64,000 bases of DNA, from the NCBI RefSeq assembly GCF_000143415.4, contig NW_003314267.1, positions 1,952,185 to 2,016,184 on the forward strand, in the 5' to 3' direction. This DNA is from Selaginella moellendorffii. Taxonomy: Eukaryota > Plantae > Lycopodiophyta. The notes under the pieces were generated by a model, which saw only the letters and a list, made by a program, of their open reading frames with translations, had not been told where the DNA came from and did no database searches. Shown in pieces: positions 49,255-61,883 of the stretch. The position numbers were made by a program, and so were the translations under genes. How positions within the stretch are numbered: position 1 is the first letter of the stretch; the number at the start of each line of letters is the position of its first letter.

Positions 49255-49827
49255 TCATTCCAGCAATCCATAAACCAACACTTTTGATTCCTCCTCCCAA
49301 GGTATTTCCACTTCTATTGTTCGTTGCCTATGTGGTCGGCCACTGGGCAGTCTATCTGGACGTTGTTTCGGGCCTGGATATGGAATTGACTCCTCCCATC
49401 CCTCCATTCCTGGAACTATCCACAACTCATTTTCCTGTCGACTATCCAAGTATTGGAAGATTTCAGGCTCCATGCCTGGAAATAGCAATTTGTTGACATC
49501 TTCCCAAATGTAAGGATGCTCCTTTGGGTGTTGATCAACTCTGTAGATACTAAATCTCACCTCCTCCACCTTGTCAAACACGCCTGCCAGCCACAAAATC
49601 CTCAAAGAGCACAACATTTGCAAGGTGTCTTCATCCATGCCAGTCTCCCAGCGCTGGATTTCAAAGTTGTAGCCCTTCCAGTTGGTCTCCATGGTGATGG
49701 CAAGAGCGCGTTCGTTTTTGTGGTAGTGTATCCGTCCCCACAGTGCTACAAACTTTTCAACTATCAAATCTTGAGCTTCAGCCGGGAGGCTTGAGAGATG
49801 CTCAATAAACATTTTTTCGCTCTCCAT
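49255..49827 (-). CDS. Hypothetical 190-aa protein
   Basis: ATG-initiated ORF with globular composition and an upstream TATTTAAA-like box; no family recognised. Confidence 0.35.
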   Translation of the reverse strand: MESEKMFIEHLSSLPAEAQDLIVEKFVALWGRIHYHKNERALAITMETNWKGYNFEIQRWETGMDEDTLQMLCSLRILWLAGVFDKVEEVRFSIYRVDQHPKEHPYIWEDVNKLLFPGMEPEIFQYLDSRQENELWIVPGMEGWEESIPYPGPKQRPDRLPSGRPHRQRTIEVEIPWEEESKVLVYGLLE

Positions 49828-50094
49828 TGAAATTAATAAAACCTAAACCTTTTGAGCATTTAAATAGCGTAAAGGCTTAGCAAAAGGTGACATAACTAAT
49901 ATCCCTTTTTACATTGTTAAGTAAGTAAGCTAATGTTTGATTTTTGTAGTAATAATATACATGCGATGGAAGAAGACATCGATCCCAATTTCAAAATTTG
50001 TTGCTCGGAGCCATAAGGCTTCAGGAACTTCCCTCCACTGTGCAGCCTCAGCATCATTAGGTGACACGTACAAGTTTATGCCAAAGAAGTCATT

Positions 50095-50182
50095 TCAGAG
50101 CCAAGTTAAAAGATGTTCCAAAAACTGCATTTCAAACAAGGATGGGTTACTACAAGTTTTTAGTGAGGCCATTTAATTTGAC
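50095..50182 (+). mobile_element. Short gypsy RT fragment
   Basis: DVPKTAFQTRMGYYKFLVRPFNLT. Confidence 0.7.
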
Positions 50183-50429
50183 AAAACCTCTTGAGCTTGG
50201 GTTCCAGAAGGAACCAGACGTGGCATGGAACGATCTGGTTGAGGATCATGATGGAGCCCATGAGAGATCCGGATGTGATACCATCGCCATCTTGCTCGGC
50301 TGCTGCTGCAAGAATGAGAGTAACGCGTCGCTCTTATTTTGGTGTTGGCGTGAAGATGAAGCCACAACGAAGCTAGCTCCCGCGTATTTTCTTGTAGAGA
50401 AAATCTCGTGACTGCGACGCTCACGACGC

Positions 50430-51180
50430 TCAAAGAACTGTGTCATCCAAGGGGTGGGAGACGGAGCTCTCGATCCCCGAGTACGTCCGCAACAACACCC
50501 AAACAGGATCCACTAGCAAGCCGAATCGCAACCTCACCAGGGGCGAGCCATTAGAGGACAAGTGCAAAGGCGTCACATTCTCCTGGGTCTTCAACGTCAT
50601 GGAGCCCTCCACCAGTGGACGCTTCAGCTATTTCGATCGAAGCGGAGGAACACACCGAGAGTACGTTGTCCAACCAAGTTCACAGGAGGCACAAGTATAT
50701 ACTCTTGCCGGAGTACATGAGGGAAGTCATCAAGCTCGGCGAGAGTTTGAAGCGACAGAACCAAGACCGGCAGCTCTACACCAACATAACTCGGACGACT
50801 GGGGTTACATGGACGCCACGAGCCTGGCGCTGGATCCCGAGCTCAAAAACAAGATCATCTAGGACCTGGAGTCGTTCATGGCTAGCAAGAAGTTCTTTAG
50901 CAGGGTAGGGAGAGCTTGGAAGCGTATCTCTTGTATGGGCCTCCGGGGACGGGGAAGTCGTCACTCATCGCGGCCATAGCGAACTACACGCAGTACGATG
51001 ACTACGATATGGAGCTGACTGAGGTAAAGAGAAATGCCCGACTTGAGGAAGCTGCTCATGGGGATTTCCAACAAGGCGATCATCGTGATCGAGGACATCG
51101 ACTGCTCTCTGGAGCTCAAGAAGAGGGGGAAGCCAGCGCCATAGGAAGAAACCAAGAAGAGAGATAGAGAGCCCGAGAAA
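50430..51180 (+). pseudogene. BCS1-like plant AAA ATPase pseudogene
   Basis: LALDPELKNKII*, LLYGPPGTGKSSLIAAIANY, IIVIEDIDC spread across frameshifts and stops. Confidence 0.85.
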
Positions 51181-51452
51181 AAAGTTAAGAAAAGAGCAGC
51201 AGGTCATCCCCGACAGAAAGTGATTGAGGCACTGCAGGATCGAAAGGAGCAGGCTGCAAAGAAAGAGGGAGAAAGAGGAAAGAAGTATAACACAATTGCT
51301 GTCCTTTTCTTACTATGCATCACTACAAAGATAAAAAAAACGCACTTAGATCCGAAAAGAGCGATAGTCTGCTGCGACACAAAAGCCGCAAGGTCGCTTG
51401 TTGGCATTTTTGAGAGCTCAAAAATCAATGCAAGTGTGGTCAGATAAGTCTT

Positions 51453-51507
51453 AAGAGCCCTAACATTTCAAAAGGTTAAAAGTGAAAAAGGTTTTAGGGT
51501 TTAAAGA
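51453..51507 (+). repeat. Promoter-like direct repeat, copy 2
   Basis: Matches 46723-46788 with an internal gap; ends 7 nt before the serine racemase ATG. Confidence 0.85.
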
Positions 51508-51514
51508 CACCACC

Positions 51515-52795
51515 ATGGCTGTGGAGGATTACGCTGCTAGTCTCGACTCGATCCAGGCAGCTAGGAATCGCATCCAGGGCCAAATCCGCGTGACTCAGGT
51601 GATTACGTCGTCGTCGCTCGATGCGCTCGCCGGGAGGAGCTTGTTCTTCAAATGCGAGCTATTCCAACGCGGGTAAAATCCTTTCTTTCGCTTTTCCAGT
51701 GTAGAGTTCTCCTCTTGGTTCTTCCTCCAGTGGCGCATTTAAGATCAGAGGCGCCTCCAATGCGATCTTCTCTCTCTCGGACGATCAAGCCGAGAGAGGA
51801 GTCGTGACGCACAGCAGGTAAGAAGATCGAGCTTCCATTCCTTGTCGATGTTCTTTTAGTTTTTGTTCTTGAGTGTTTCTAGATCGTTGCAGTGGCAACC
51901 ACGCGGCGGCGCTTGCTCTTGCGGCCAAGCTACGAGGAATTCCAGCGCACATCGTCGTGCCTCGAAATGCTCCAAAGTGTAAAGTCGAGAATGTGGAGCG
52001 CTATGGAGGGAAGATCTCGTGGTGCGATCCAAGCGTTGAGTCGAGAGAGGCCGTGTGTGCCTCCGTGAAGAGCAAAACCAATGCGGTTCTCGTCCATCCT
52101 TTCAACGATCCACAAGTTATCAGGTGTGAGTTTGACAATCTTCTTTCTCGCTGATGTTCTTGGAGTTTTCTTTTCCAGTGGTCAAGGCACTGTTGCTCTC
52201 GAGTTTCTTGAGCAAGTTCCGCAGCTCGATGTGATCATCGCTCCGATAAGTGGTAATGAACCTTGTTTTTTCTTCTTTGAGCCAGCTTAAATTTTCCATC
52301 TTTCGTTTGAAGGTGGTGGCTTGATATCTGGTATTTCCATCGCTGCAAAAGCGATCAAGCCCGAGATTAAAATTATCGCCGCCGAGCCAACCGGTGCTGA
52401 TGATGCCGCGCGTTCCAAAGCAGCCAATTCAGTGCAGACGAACAAACAGACTTGCACCATAGCAGATGGACTGCGAGCATCGCTTGGATCTCTCACTTGG
52501 TATTTCAGTTACGTGATATCTTTCCAGGTCTAAAAATGCTTCCTTTAGGCCCATCGTTCGTGATTTTGTGGATGAAGTCGTGACCGTCGACGACTCCGCA
52601 ATCATCGAAGCAATGAAGATGTGCTACGAGAGGCTCAAAGTTGTAGTGGAGCCGAGCGGGGCCATCGGTCTAGCGGTGGTTTTGTCTGATAAGTTCCGCT
52701 CGAATCCGGCTGTCAAGCATTGCACCAACGTTGGGATCGTTCTTTCCGGTGGGAACTGTGATCTCACAGGACTTTGGGAGTCCCTTCCCAACTAG
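51515..52795 (+). CDS. SR: Serine racemase (PLP-dependent, fold type II), multi-exon
   Basis: FFKCELFQRG|GAFKIRGA, HSSGNHAAALA, GQGTVALE, SGGGLISG, TIADGL, VEPSGAIGLA, LSGGN. Confidence 0.92.
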
Positions 52796-52999
52796 ACCAA
52801 GTTCTCTATTCCAATGTAAGGCTTTTCAATGTTTTCTTTTCATTCCTGACGTGTTCCTCTTTCTCTTCCACTTTAAGTATGGCGTTGCGTTGAATCTTGG
52901 GCAACCAGGAATAGGAAGAGTACAAGTCACGTATGACAACGATGAATTGGTAAGCACTCAGTGGTGTTTTCTGTCTGAAACTCTTTTACCCCACCTAAC

Positions 53000-55002
53000 T
53001 TAGCTTTCGTGCTGTGACTTCAGAATTTCCATCATGTCATCCACGACCTTGCGTATTTGCTCGCGCGAGTGCAGCGGAGCAGGATAAACAACATTGCAGT
53101 GGAGGCAGCCGTCCCGGATGGAATCAAACAGTGCAAGCGAGGGTCCAACTCCGTGCACGGAAGCACAGCCGACGTAGTCCTCCAGACCAAGCGTGTGTTT
53201 CGTCTCCTCCTCCGACTCGTCAGCTATGACATCCTGGAAGACAACCATGAGAGACGTCCTCAAGGTCCCGGAAGGCGTGAGGTTCGGGTGCTGCAAGGCC
53301 TGGAACATGAGATAGTTGATATCTCCCATGTCGGTGAAGTGCTTGCGGTTCTTTATGGCGTTGGAAAAAGAGTCGGAGCATCGCCTAGACAGGTCCCAGA
53401 AGCCCGTGTCTTGGTTCACGTGATGCGTGTTCAAGATGGCCGAATGGTAGAATCCTGGATGGATGGAGCAAAGCAGGCTTTTAGAAAGGAAAACGAAGTC
53501 ACGGGAACAGGAAGTTTTGGTTTGACAACGTACCAGCAGTGGATCGTGAGAGCGAGTCAATGTGGTTGCGGCAGTCGACGAGGCCGATGATCGCAAAGTG
53601 CTCGGATCTATTGCCGAGTTGCTTGTAGATTGTGGTGGCCCTGAGTCCAGCAGCGACGAGAGCTCCAAACAGGTTGGTTTTCTCGAGAACGCAGCGCTAC
53701 AAGCACAGAAAAACGATCTAGGAGTGAGAACAAGATGGAAAGAAGAAAGAGGCTGGGAAGAAATTATTGCCAGGAACAAACGAGAAGACCGTAGCTTGGA
53801 AGAAATGATAGAGCCAAAAAAAGCTTCGCAACTGAAGAGAAGAACACCCGAGCAAGCAACCAAAACTATGAAAAACGATTCAGGAGTGAAAACAAGATCG
53901 AAAAGGAAAGAAGCTCGGAAGTAACTATTTCCAGGAAGAAAACATCAACATCGTGGAGACGCGAATTATCTGAGACAAGTGAGAGTTTCGCAGAGGCAGC
54001 AAGAAGATCGTAGCTTCGAAGTCAAGGAAGGAATGATAGAACATGAAAGCATGGAACAAGAAGATAATCTCTTGGAAGTCAAGGATAAATCCGAGAAAAC
54101 TACGCAACTCAAGAGAAGAACACCAGCAAGAAAAACTATGAACCAAGAAGGGAATTCAACTTCGCAACTCCAAGAGAACACCCAAGCAAAAAATACTATG
54201 GAACAAAGAAGATCACAGCTGGGAAGAACTCGAAAAGGATGGAAGAAGATCATACCTTTGTGAGGCTTTTGGTGTGCTCCAAGCTGAGAGAAGCTCGGAC
54301 GAGCTCCGTTCTCCTGGGCTCTTCAACGTTGTCAAAAGGAAGCAGTGCATGGCGCAGTGATCCCAGCGAGTAGCCCAGCAAATCCACGCCGTGAGCCCAA
54401 AAGGGCTTGTTCGCCTGGCCCCTGGGAATCGCGTCCTCGATCGAGACAAGCTCCTCCACTCCATCGCCATCTTTTCCTTCTTGCTCGTCATCACCCCTCA
54501 GGCGATGGAGGAATTCGGACATGATCACCGCGGCCGCGGCTCTATCGCACGCCGCGGTGTGGACTCTGATGACAAAGAGAGATTTCTCGCCCAGGCGGTG
54601 GAGGCGAGCGAAGAACACCGGCACTGGCGCGTCGCGATCCGTCCAGGGATTGGAATTCATCTCGGATTCGATCGTCTGGAGCAGCCAATCTTCGGGATCG
54701 TCGTCGCCATGCGCTAGCTCCTGGATCGCTACAGTGGCATTGGCATTCACCTGGAAGGCGGGCTTGTCGGGCTCGATCCACACCAGCTGCGAGAGGAGGC
54801 GCGGATGCCTGGCCAGGACGGCGTCGAGCGCGCATTGGAAGACGCCCACATTCACGGATCGGCAGAACAAGAGGCCGAGGACTGTGATTCCCGTGCCGCT
54901 TTCCACCGCGCGGCACCAATTGTGCTCCGTGGCGCCCAGGATTCGATTGAAAGGACCTTCCTCCAGCCGAGGCGGTCGTGAGGAGCTCTCCTCGTCCGCC
55001 AT
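53000..55002 (-). CDS. Condensation/CoA-dependent acyltransferase-like protein (At3g52610-like), 3 or more exons
   Basis: LGATEHNWCRAVESGTGITVL, HTAACDR, GFYHSAILNTH, DYVGCASVHGVGPS, YPAPLHSREQ. Confidence 0.8.
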
Positions 55003-55924
55003 AGCTAAAGTCGGGAAGATTAAACCTAATATTATAAAGTAGAACGTATGGTTTGCCTAAATGTTAGCTTCTTACCTTTAACATATAATAGTAAGGAAAT
55101 TTGTACCAATTTAGGGCTTGTACCATCCAAACCCCAAAAACAATGGAAGGTGAGTAAGAAGACTAAAATATATTCCTTTTGATTTGGGTGCATAAAATTT
55201 TCACTACAAGACAAAGGATTTTGATCTGATTTTTAGAGATCTGTTTGAGAAGGAGGTGGCAGGGAAGGTTAAAGCGGTGTTCAAAAAGTGTTTTTGGAAT
55301 CCTTAGTGGTGTGAGTGCATAAGCTTAGATTTTAATAAGGATTGGAGAGATTTATGGTTGGTTGTGGAAACACTTGAAAGAGCTCTAGAAGATGCTATTG
55401 TGATCCTCACACAAAGAAAATGTTTTTTTAAATATGTAAGTAATGTTAAATTTTTAGCTGAATATTATCGGCTATAATCTTACATTTATTTTTTAATCAA
55501 AGATAATGTTAAAAAATGCAATATCAAGATTGTTTTTTGGATATAATTAAGACCACCCATACCATAGTCTCGTCTTCTAAAAATTAAGTTATCCATCCAT
55601 GAGTGCTTATCCCATAACCACACTTTAGCATCTTTAAAATGCTTAAATATATAAAGAACACCCTTCCCTAATATCCCTTCTTTGATCTTTATTAAATTCT
55701 TTTCTGTCCATAGTTGTGCTCACAAACACTGCCATTGATTTAAGGCTTGAAGGCTTGACCACTATATTCCATTGACCTTTGGAACTTTTTTGACACATGA
55801 TTATATCTTTAGTCACTACACAAGAGGATTGCTCTTTTTCTTTTTTATAGTCCAGGACTTTAGAACAATATTTCAAAACACTATGGCCCAACTTGAGTTT
55901 TGTGGATACTCTCCCCACCTTTTG

Positions 55925-58570
55925 CCTCTAGGTGCCTAACCATGTGGCTAGAGCGAGGTTCTGATAAGTTATACTAGATATCCAAGCAGGTAGTGTGACC
56001 CACACTTGGATTGGGAGCATTGACCATTCGATCTCCCGAGGGAGCTATACTTGACTCTTGAATATTTCACTAGATTATCTTATATATTCATCCATATTCA
56101 CTTTAGCCTTAAACTCCTCAGTAGTTATATCATCAACCATCATATGGATATACCCTTCCTTAGTCACATTAGCCTTTCTTGGCCAAATTGGTTCCATTGG
56201 AGTCATCCCTCTACTATCCTAGGGTTCAAATATAGAGGGAAAGAGCCCATGAATAAGAGTGAATAAGGGAGTATTCTTATTCCCTTATAAGAATAAGGGA
56301 AAGACCCCCTTTTTCAATTGGCTAAGGGTTTTGAGATATTTGAGGTTAAGTGTCCTTGGGTTTGAATAGTATTGGGTTAGGTGACCTCCTAAGAAGTCTA
56401 AACTCATGAGCTTATAGTTTGGGAAATGATTGCTTTGGGCTTTCACCTCTGGACTTGGATTCGGACTCAAATTTGGACTTAACTTTAATCTCAATCTTGG
56501 TCTTGGTCTTGGATTCCTTCTCAGACTCTATCTTAGATTTTTGCTCTGACTCTATCTCTGACTCTTTATCAGATTCCATCTTGGACTCCTTCTCAGACTT
56601 TGTCTTGGACTCCATATCGGATTCCTACTCGGACTCCATCTCAAACTCCATCTCAGATTCCTACTTGAACTTTATCTCAAACTCCCCTTCTCAAACTCTA
56701 TATTGGACTCAGCCCTAACACTTCCATATATCACGACACTTGCCATGTGTTAGTCCTTCTTGTGCCCTTTTCTAAAGACTTATTCACCAATTGCTTTGCA
56801 CTCATTCCACAAACACTTTATTCGGAATTCCATTCCTACCCTCAACTTTTTAAGTTATAACTTTTGGTTTAAACATGTTATGCTTGTTGGACTTTTGCTT
56901 CAATGACTACCATATAGCATACCTTCAACTCCACTTTTGGGCTTAGGGATTTGTGTCTCACAATTGATTGCAAGCAATTAAAGGGAATAACTCAAGAGAC
57001 GATCTATAAGAGTTCAAATATAAAAGAAAAAGGCCCATTGTAAGTGACTAAATTTTTTATTTTACTTTAGTCACTTTTGACCACTTAAAGGAGTTTCACT
57101 TATAACCTTTATAATTTTTATTCTAGACTTGGAAATTTACTAGCCTCTGTAAGTGACAAATTTTTCTATTCTACTTTATTCGCTTAACCGCACCTCTAAC
57201 CACTTGGAGGAGTCTCATTCACAACCTCTATAAGTCCCATTCAGGACTTAGGGCTTGCTAGCCCCAAAAATGGCATCCATGCCACTCAACCTTTACACTT
57301 GGTCCAAGTGCTCCACGTGTCCGATCCCATGATCGACACCCCAAGGTACCACTGACATATGAGCCCGTTACGCTAGGCCACGCTCATTCACCTTGGTCAC
57401 ATTGGTGGTCTAACACCACCTGCATTACAATCCTGTCTCTCCAAGATTGGGCCATCCGTCCATGAGTGATCATCCCAGATCCACTCCTTAACATCCTTAG
57501 GATGCCCACAGACATGGGGAATAGCCTTCCCCAATATCCCTTTTCCGGTCCCCACCAAATCCCTTTTTGCTCATGGCCGCATTCGCCAACACCGCCACTG
57601 GATCGAGGCCCACAGGCCTGACCACTAAGTCCCACGGTCCTCTAGGACTTCTTTGCCACATGACTGTATCCTTGGTCTCTACTCCAAAGGATTACTCCTC
57701 TTCCTTTCCACAGTCTGGGACTTTGGGACAACATTTCGGAACACCGTGGCCCTATGCGGGCCTCATGGGTACTCTCCCCGCCTTCCGCCTTTAGGTGCTC
57801 TAGCTATGGGCTTAAAGCGAGGTTCCATTGAGCCACGTTAGGTATCCAAGTAGGTAGTGCCACCCACACTTGGACTGGGAGCATTGGCCAGTTGATCTCC
57901 CTGGGGAACTAGAGCCGGCTCTTGAACACTTCACCAAGCTACCCTGCTTGTCGGTCCGTGTTCACTCTAGTTTTAGACTTCCCAGTGGGCAGCTCATCAT
58001 CTAACACTGGGTACAGCCTTCCTGGGCCAAACTGGCCTTTCTTGGCCAAACTGGCTCCACTGCAATCCTCCCCCTACTATACTTTTGGAGCTCACCAAAC
58101 CCCCCAGGGTCTGGGAGATGAACGCTTTGGGCTTTCACCCACTCAGACTCGAACTCGGACTCGGATTTGGACTCGGACTCAGACTCGGACTTAGACTCGG
58201 GCTCAGGCTCGGTCCCGGTCTCGACCTCGGACTCCCTCTCGGGTCCTTCTCGGACTCCATCTCGGACTCCATCTCGGTCCATCTCAGACTCCATCTCGGG
58301 TCCATCTCGGGTCCATCTCAGACTCTTTCTTGGACACTTCCACGTGTCATGTTTTGGTCCTCTTGTGTCCCCTTTTCTAGAGACTCACTCATGGCTTGCC
58401 CCGTGCTTGTTCCTCGAGCCCTTTGTTGGGAGTTCCACTCCCACTCTTGACCTTTTCAAGTTGGAGCTTTTAGTCCAAACGTGTTATGCTTGTTTGGGTT
58501 TCACTTCAGCCACTACCACGTGGCGCCCTTTCGGCTTCACTTTGGGGCCTAGGGATTTTGTGTCTCACAA
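55925..58570. repeat. Diverged direct duplication (55925-56965 versus 57790-58570), each copy with a GACTCN hexamer array
   Basis: Shared ATCCAAG.AGGTAGTG..ACCCACACTTGGA.TGGGAGCATTG and terminal AGGGATTT(T)GTGTCTCACAA; arrays at 56450-56715 and 58140-58335. Confidence 0.8.
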
Positions 58571-61300
58571 CTCCACCACCCATAGATGAAGTTCGATGTC
58601 CTCATCGAACGGTAAACCCTTTTATAAAGTAACACCCACAGGTATTACCATTTCCATCCTTGGCACCAAGCCAATATTTGTCTATGGTTTGACCCCGAAG
58701 GCTCACCATGCCTTGTCCATCCTCTAAGGAGTATAGTCTTTCCAACGTAGAGACTCACTCGACCACCTAGGGTGGTTTGCTCCCTTTTATTGGTTCAGTT
58801 CTCGCTAAACCCGTTAGAGACACTCTCTTTAACTCAATTCCACTACTCATTCTTGAGTAGTCTTAGATTCCATTGACATAACCTTTGCACTTTGGAACTT
58901 TTAATTTTGACTTCTCCGAGTCAATTTCCTAGGTGTCTCCGACACCTTACGTTGCACATAGTGCAACTCCACTTCCTTATCCTAGGAAGTTCTTTACTTG
59001 AGGGTACCATCATCCTCTCTTCGATATCGTGCCACCTTTGGGCACTAAGTTCCAGTTATCATAATTGGTGCTAGGGCTGCCCACGGCCCTATTATTTGGC
59101 TACCTTACCGCTCCCCCCTTTGGAGCATCCACTTTCTCCAAATCGAAGCGATTGGGAATCCATCCTTGGGGAAACATTGCCTTTCCCACAATCCGTTAGC
59201 ACCCAACACATTAGTGTTCTCAACCCAACTTTGCCATTTGGATTCTTTCCCATGATTCTTATGGCTCTTTCCTTAGCCATTAATCTTTTGCTCCTATCCT
59301 TGATTATTGCACCCAACAACATAGAATCCTTACCTCCATTTTCAATGTTTCCTTTCAGTTCCATAACAAGCACTTTGCTTTGCCAAGTCTAGAGGGTGTT
59401 CACCCCTAATATGTCTCTTTAATATTTTCTGCCATGGGCTCTATCCACAGCCTAACTTTTGAGACCCTCCCTTGGATCTCTTATAGAGACTACTTTTCTC
59501 GGACTTATTATGCCATATCATTGACATAGCTCATTTCCCTTAGATGTTCTTCCCACTTAGTCACCTTGACCAAACCACACCATTATCAATAGTTCAAATC
59601 AACACTTTGAACTAGGAATCGTATTCCTTAACCCAAACAAAGACCTTGTCCTTGTTTAGCTATAAGATCACTTAGTGATCTCATCTTGACCCCTTAATAG
59701 GTCTACCAATAGGAACTAGGTCTTCCAGACCCTTCTAAGTTGTTGACTATGACCTTAGGGGCATCCCCCACACTTGGCGGTGCACCCAAGCCAGCCCTTC
59801 CAGCTAAGGATCCATAGCAACTGAGACTAGGTGTCCCCATCTCATTCACCACGTCCTTGGTGCCCTTTGCACCAAAGTGTTCAAGTTAGATATGCCAAGC
59901 TTTCACTCTAAGCAATCTAACCGTGCATCACGACTCCAAGGCATCCCCTGTTTGGCGGTGTGCCCAAGCCAATTTCCTCATTGAGAGTCCATGACCACCA
60001 AAATATGAGTGTCCTCATATTCCAAACCATCACCACGCCCTAATGATTTGGGACTCAAACCCAAGCACTAGAGGGTCGGGACTCGAACCCAACCTTCATA
60101 TATGCATCTACGGAAGGCATCATCCAAGATGCCTGGCATGACTCCCCATGTTGGTGCATCAACTTATAGTCAAAGCGCGCTATAGATCACAGCTTAGGAA
60201 CCTAGTTCCTCCGCACTGCCAAGTCCTCTTGCTTGACAAATATGTGATCATGCATGGACTCTTCCATGCTCGGTCCCATGGGTTACCCCTTTTGAAGTTA
60301 GCACCCTCAACTAGGGGATTTGTCCCCTTGAATTGCCAATCTCACTTAGCAAGTCATCCGGCCACCGTAATATAGTTCATGCATAAGCGTGAAAGTCCTT
60401 AACCACCGACTTTCGTTCAAAGCCCTCTCTTTGAACACTCGGGAACCACTTCCCCAACCTTGATAGCCTCGCCCCATGGCCAACTTCAAGACTACGCTTC
60501 TGCTGCACCACTCTAATTTCGCACGCTCTAGGAACCATTTACGCTTGGCTTTCTAGGTACTAAGCTACCTAGAATCGTCTTCAGAAACTTTTGAAGGAAC
60601 TATTTCCCTTAGCTTGTTAAGGCCTCTCTTTTCGCAAGCTTTTTAGTTGCTATATAGTCTAACATGGACAATTCCATATTTTAGACTCTCCATGACATCA
60701 CGGTTGCTAGCAACAAAACACTTGAGCCCCCACTTGGTTTTCCACTCCCAATTGGCATAACCACCCTTGGTTATACCTTTCGATTCCTATGGTTTGGTTC
60801 TATCCCTTTACTACTTGTTTTTGGCTTCACACCTTTCCTTCGGTCATTTTCCTTAAGACTAGGAGGATAGCTTTGCACTTTCCATCATGCCTTAGCAAGT
60901 ATTCTTAGGGATGAACTGACCCGATAACCTAGGGAGTGGTTCCTCAATCTAGGTATGCTCACTTTATAATCCCACACACCGGGATTAATATTATTGCTTA
61001 TTGGCCCTTATATGCCCATCACTAGCCTTGCCAAAATTCCATTTTTTGGCTTTGTCCAATTCAGGTAGACAGTTTTCTCCCGTCTTCGCAACCTTGGACA
61101 TTTGGATAGCACCTTCTATCCATTATTCGCTAGGGACTTAGTCCCTTGGGCCTTATCTATTGCTCTCGTGACATCAAACACCACCTCTTGGTGTTCTAGA
61201 GTGTTTGGATGTCCCAAATGATGGCCTCTTTGACAATGAGCATTCCCTTTTACGACATTGACTTACTATTTCGCAACATAAGCAATTTATCCCCCATAAG
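55925..61300 (-). mobile_element. Heavily decayed, probably nested LTR retrotransposon sequence
   Basis: Faint integrase C-terminal (GxxVVxEVxP), RT connection (FVW) and zinc-knuckle-like remnants on minus; no long ORFs. Boundaries approximate. Confidence 0.45.
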
Positions 61301-61453
61301 GGTATATCTAACTTTCTTATGCTATTAAGAAGTTTTTACCTTCTATCAGTTTAACCAATTATCTTGCACCTTTTGCTTATTTGCCTAATAGTTGTCAAGT
61401 CCTACAACTCATTGCTGGTGCTTCCACACCTCCATCATTGTTTTGGTCACCAC

Positions 61454-61866
61454 TGTCAGGAATCCCCCAATTCTTGCCACATTCCTGACTCTCGCCGGAT
61501 TCCTGACCTGCAGACCACATTCCTGATTCTCAAGACACTTCCCTATTCCTGACTCTCGAGACACTTCCCTATTCCTAACTCTCGAGACACTTCCTTATTC
61601 GAGACTTTCTGATTCCCTGTACGATTCCTAAGTCTCGAGCCACATTCCTGATATTGATGTGGTGCCTCCTCGACCTCAGCTATATTTAGGCCGTCCACGA
61701 TCCAAGAGTGGTGGAGCTTCATCAACCTATAGTATATATAGGTTAGCCTTGTTCCATTTCTCCACAATCTGAATCAACGCCAATCTAAGGCCTTTTCTTT
61801 GTTTCCACTAGCTTTTCTCTTTGTCTTTTGCATTTTCCAATCTTGATCTTGTTGGGGGTCTTGATA
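61454..61866 (+). repeat. 5' LTR of a Tcn1/Tf1-like chromovirus
   Basis: TGTCAGGA...TCTTGATA termini, ~26-bp tandem repeats (ATTCCTGACTCTCGAGACACTTCCCT) in U3, TATATATA at 61733. Confidence 0.75.
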
Positions 61867-61868
61867 GT

Positions 61869-61883
61869 TTGATTCAGATTGTG
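61869..61883 (+). promoter_or_regulatory. Self-priming PBS
   Basis: TTGATTCAGATTGTG is the exact complement of 61763-61777 in the LTR. Confidence 0.8.

Noticed and set aside
27285-55042. Numerous overlapping antisense or alternate-frame ORFs in the ORF track
   Set aside because: They are shadows of GC-rich real exons with no independent motifs.
56412-58589. ES/DS-rich ORFs as real host genes
   Set aside because: They arise from hexamer repeats that are open in several frames within decayed retroelement DNA.
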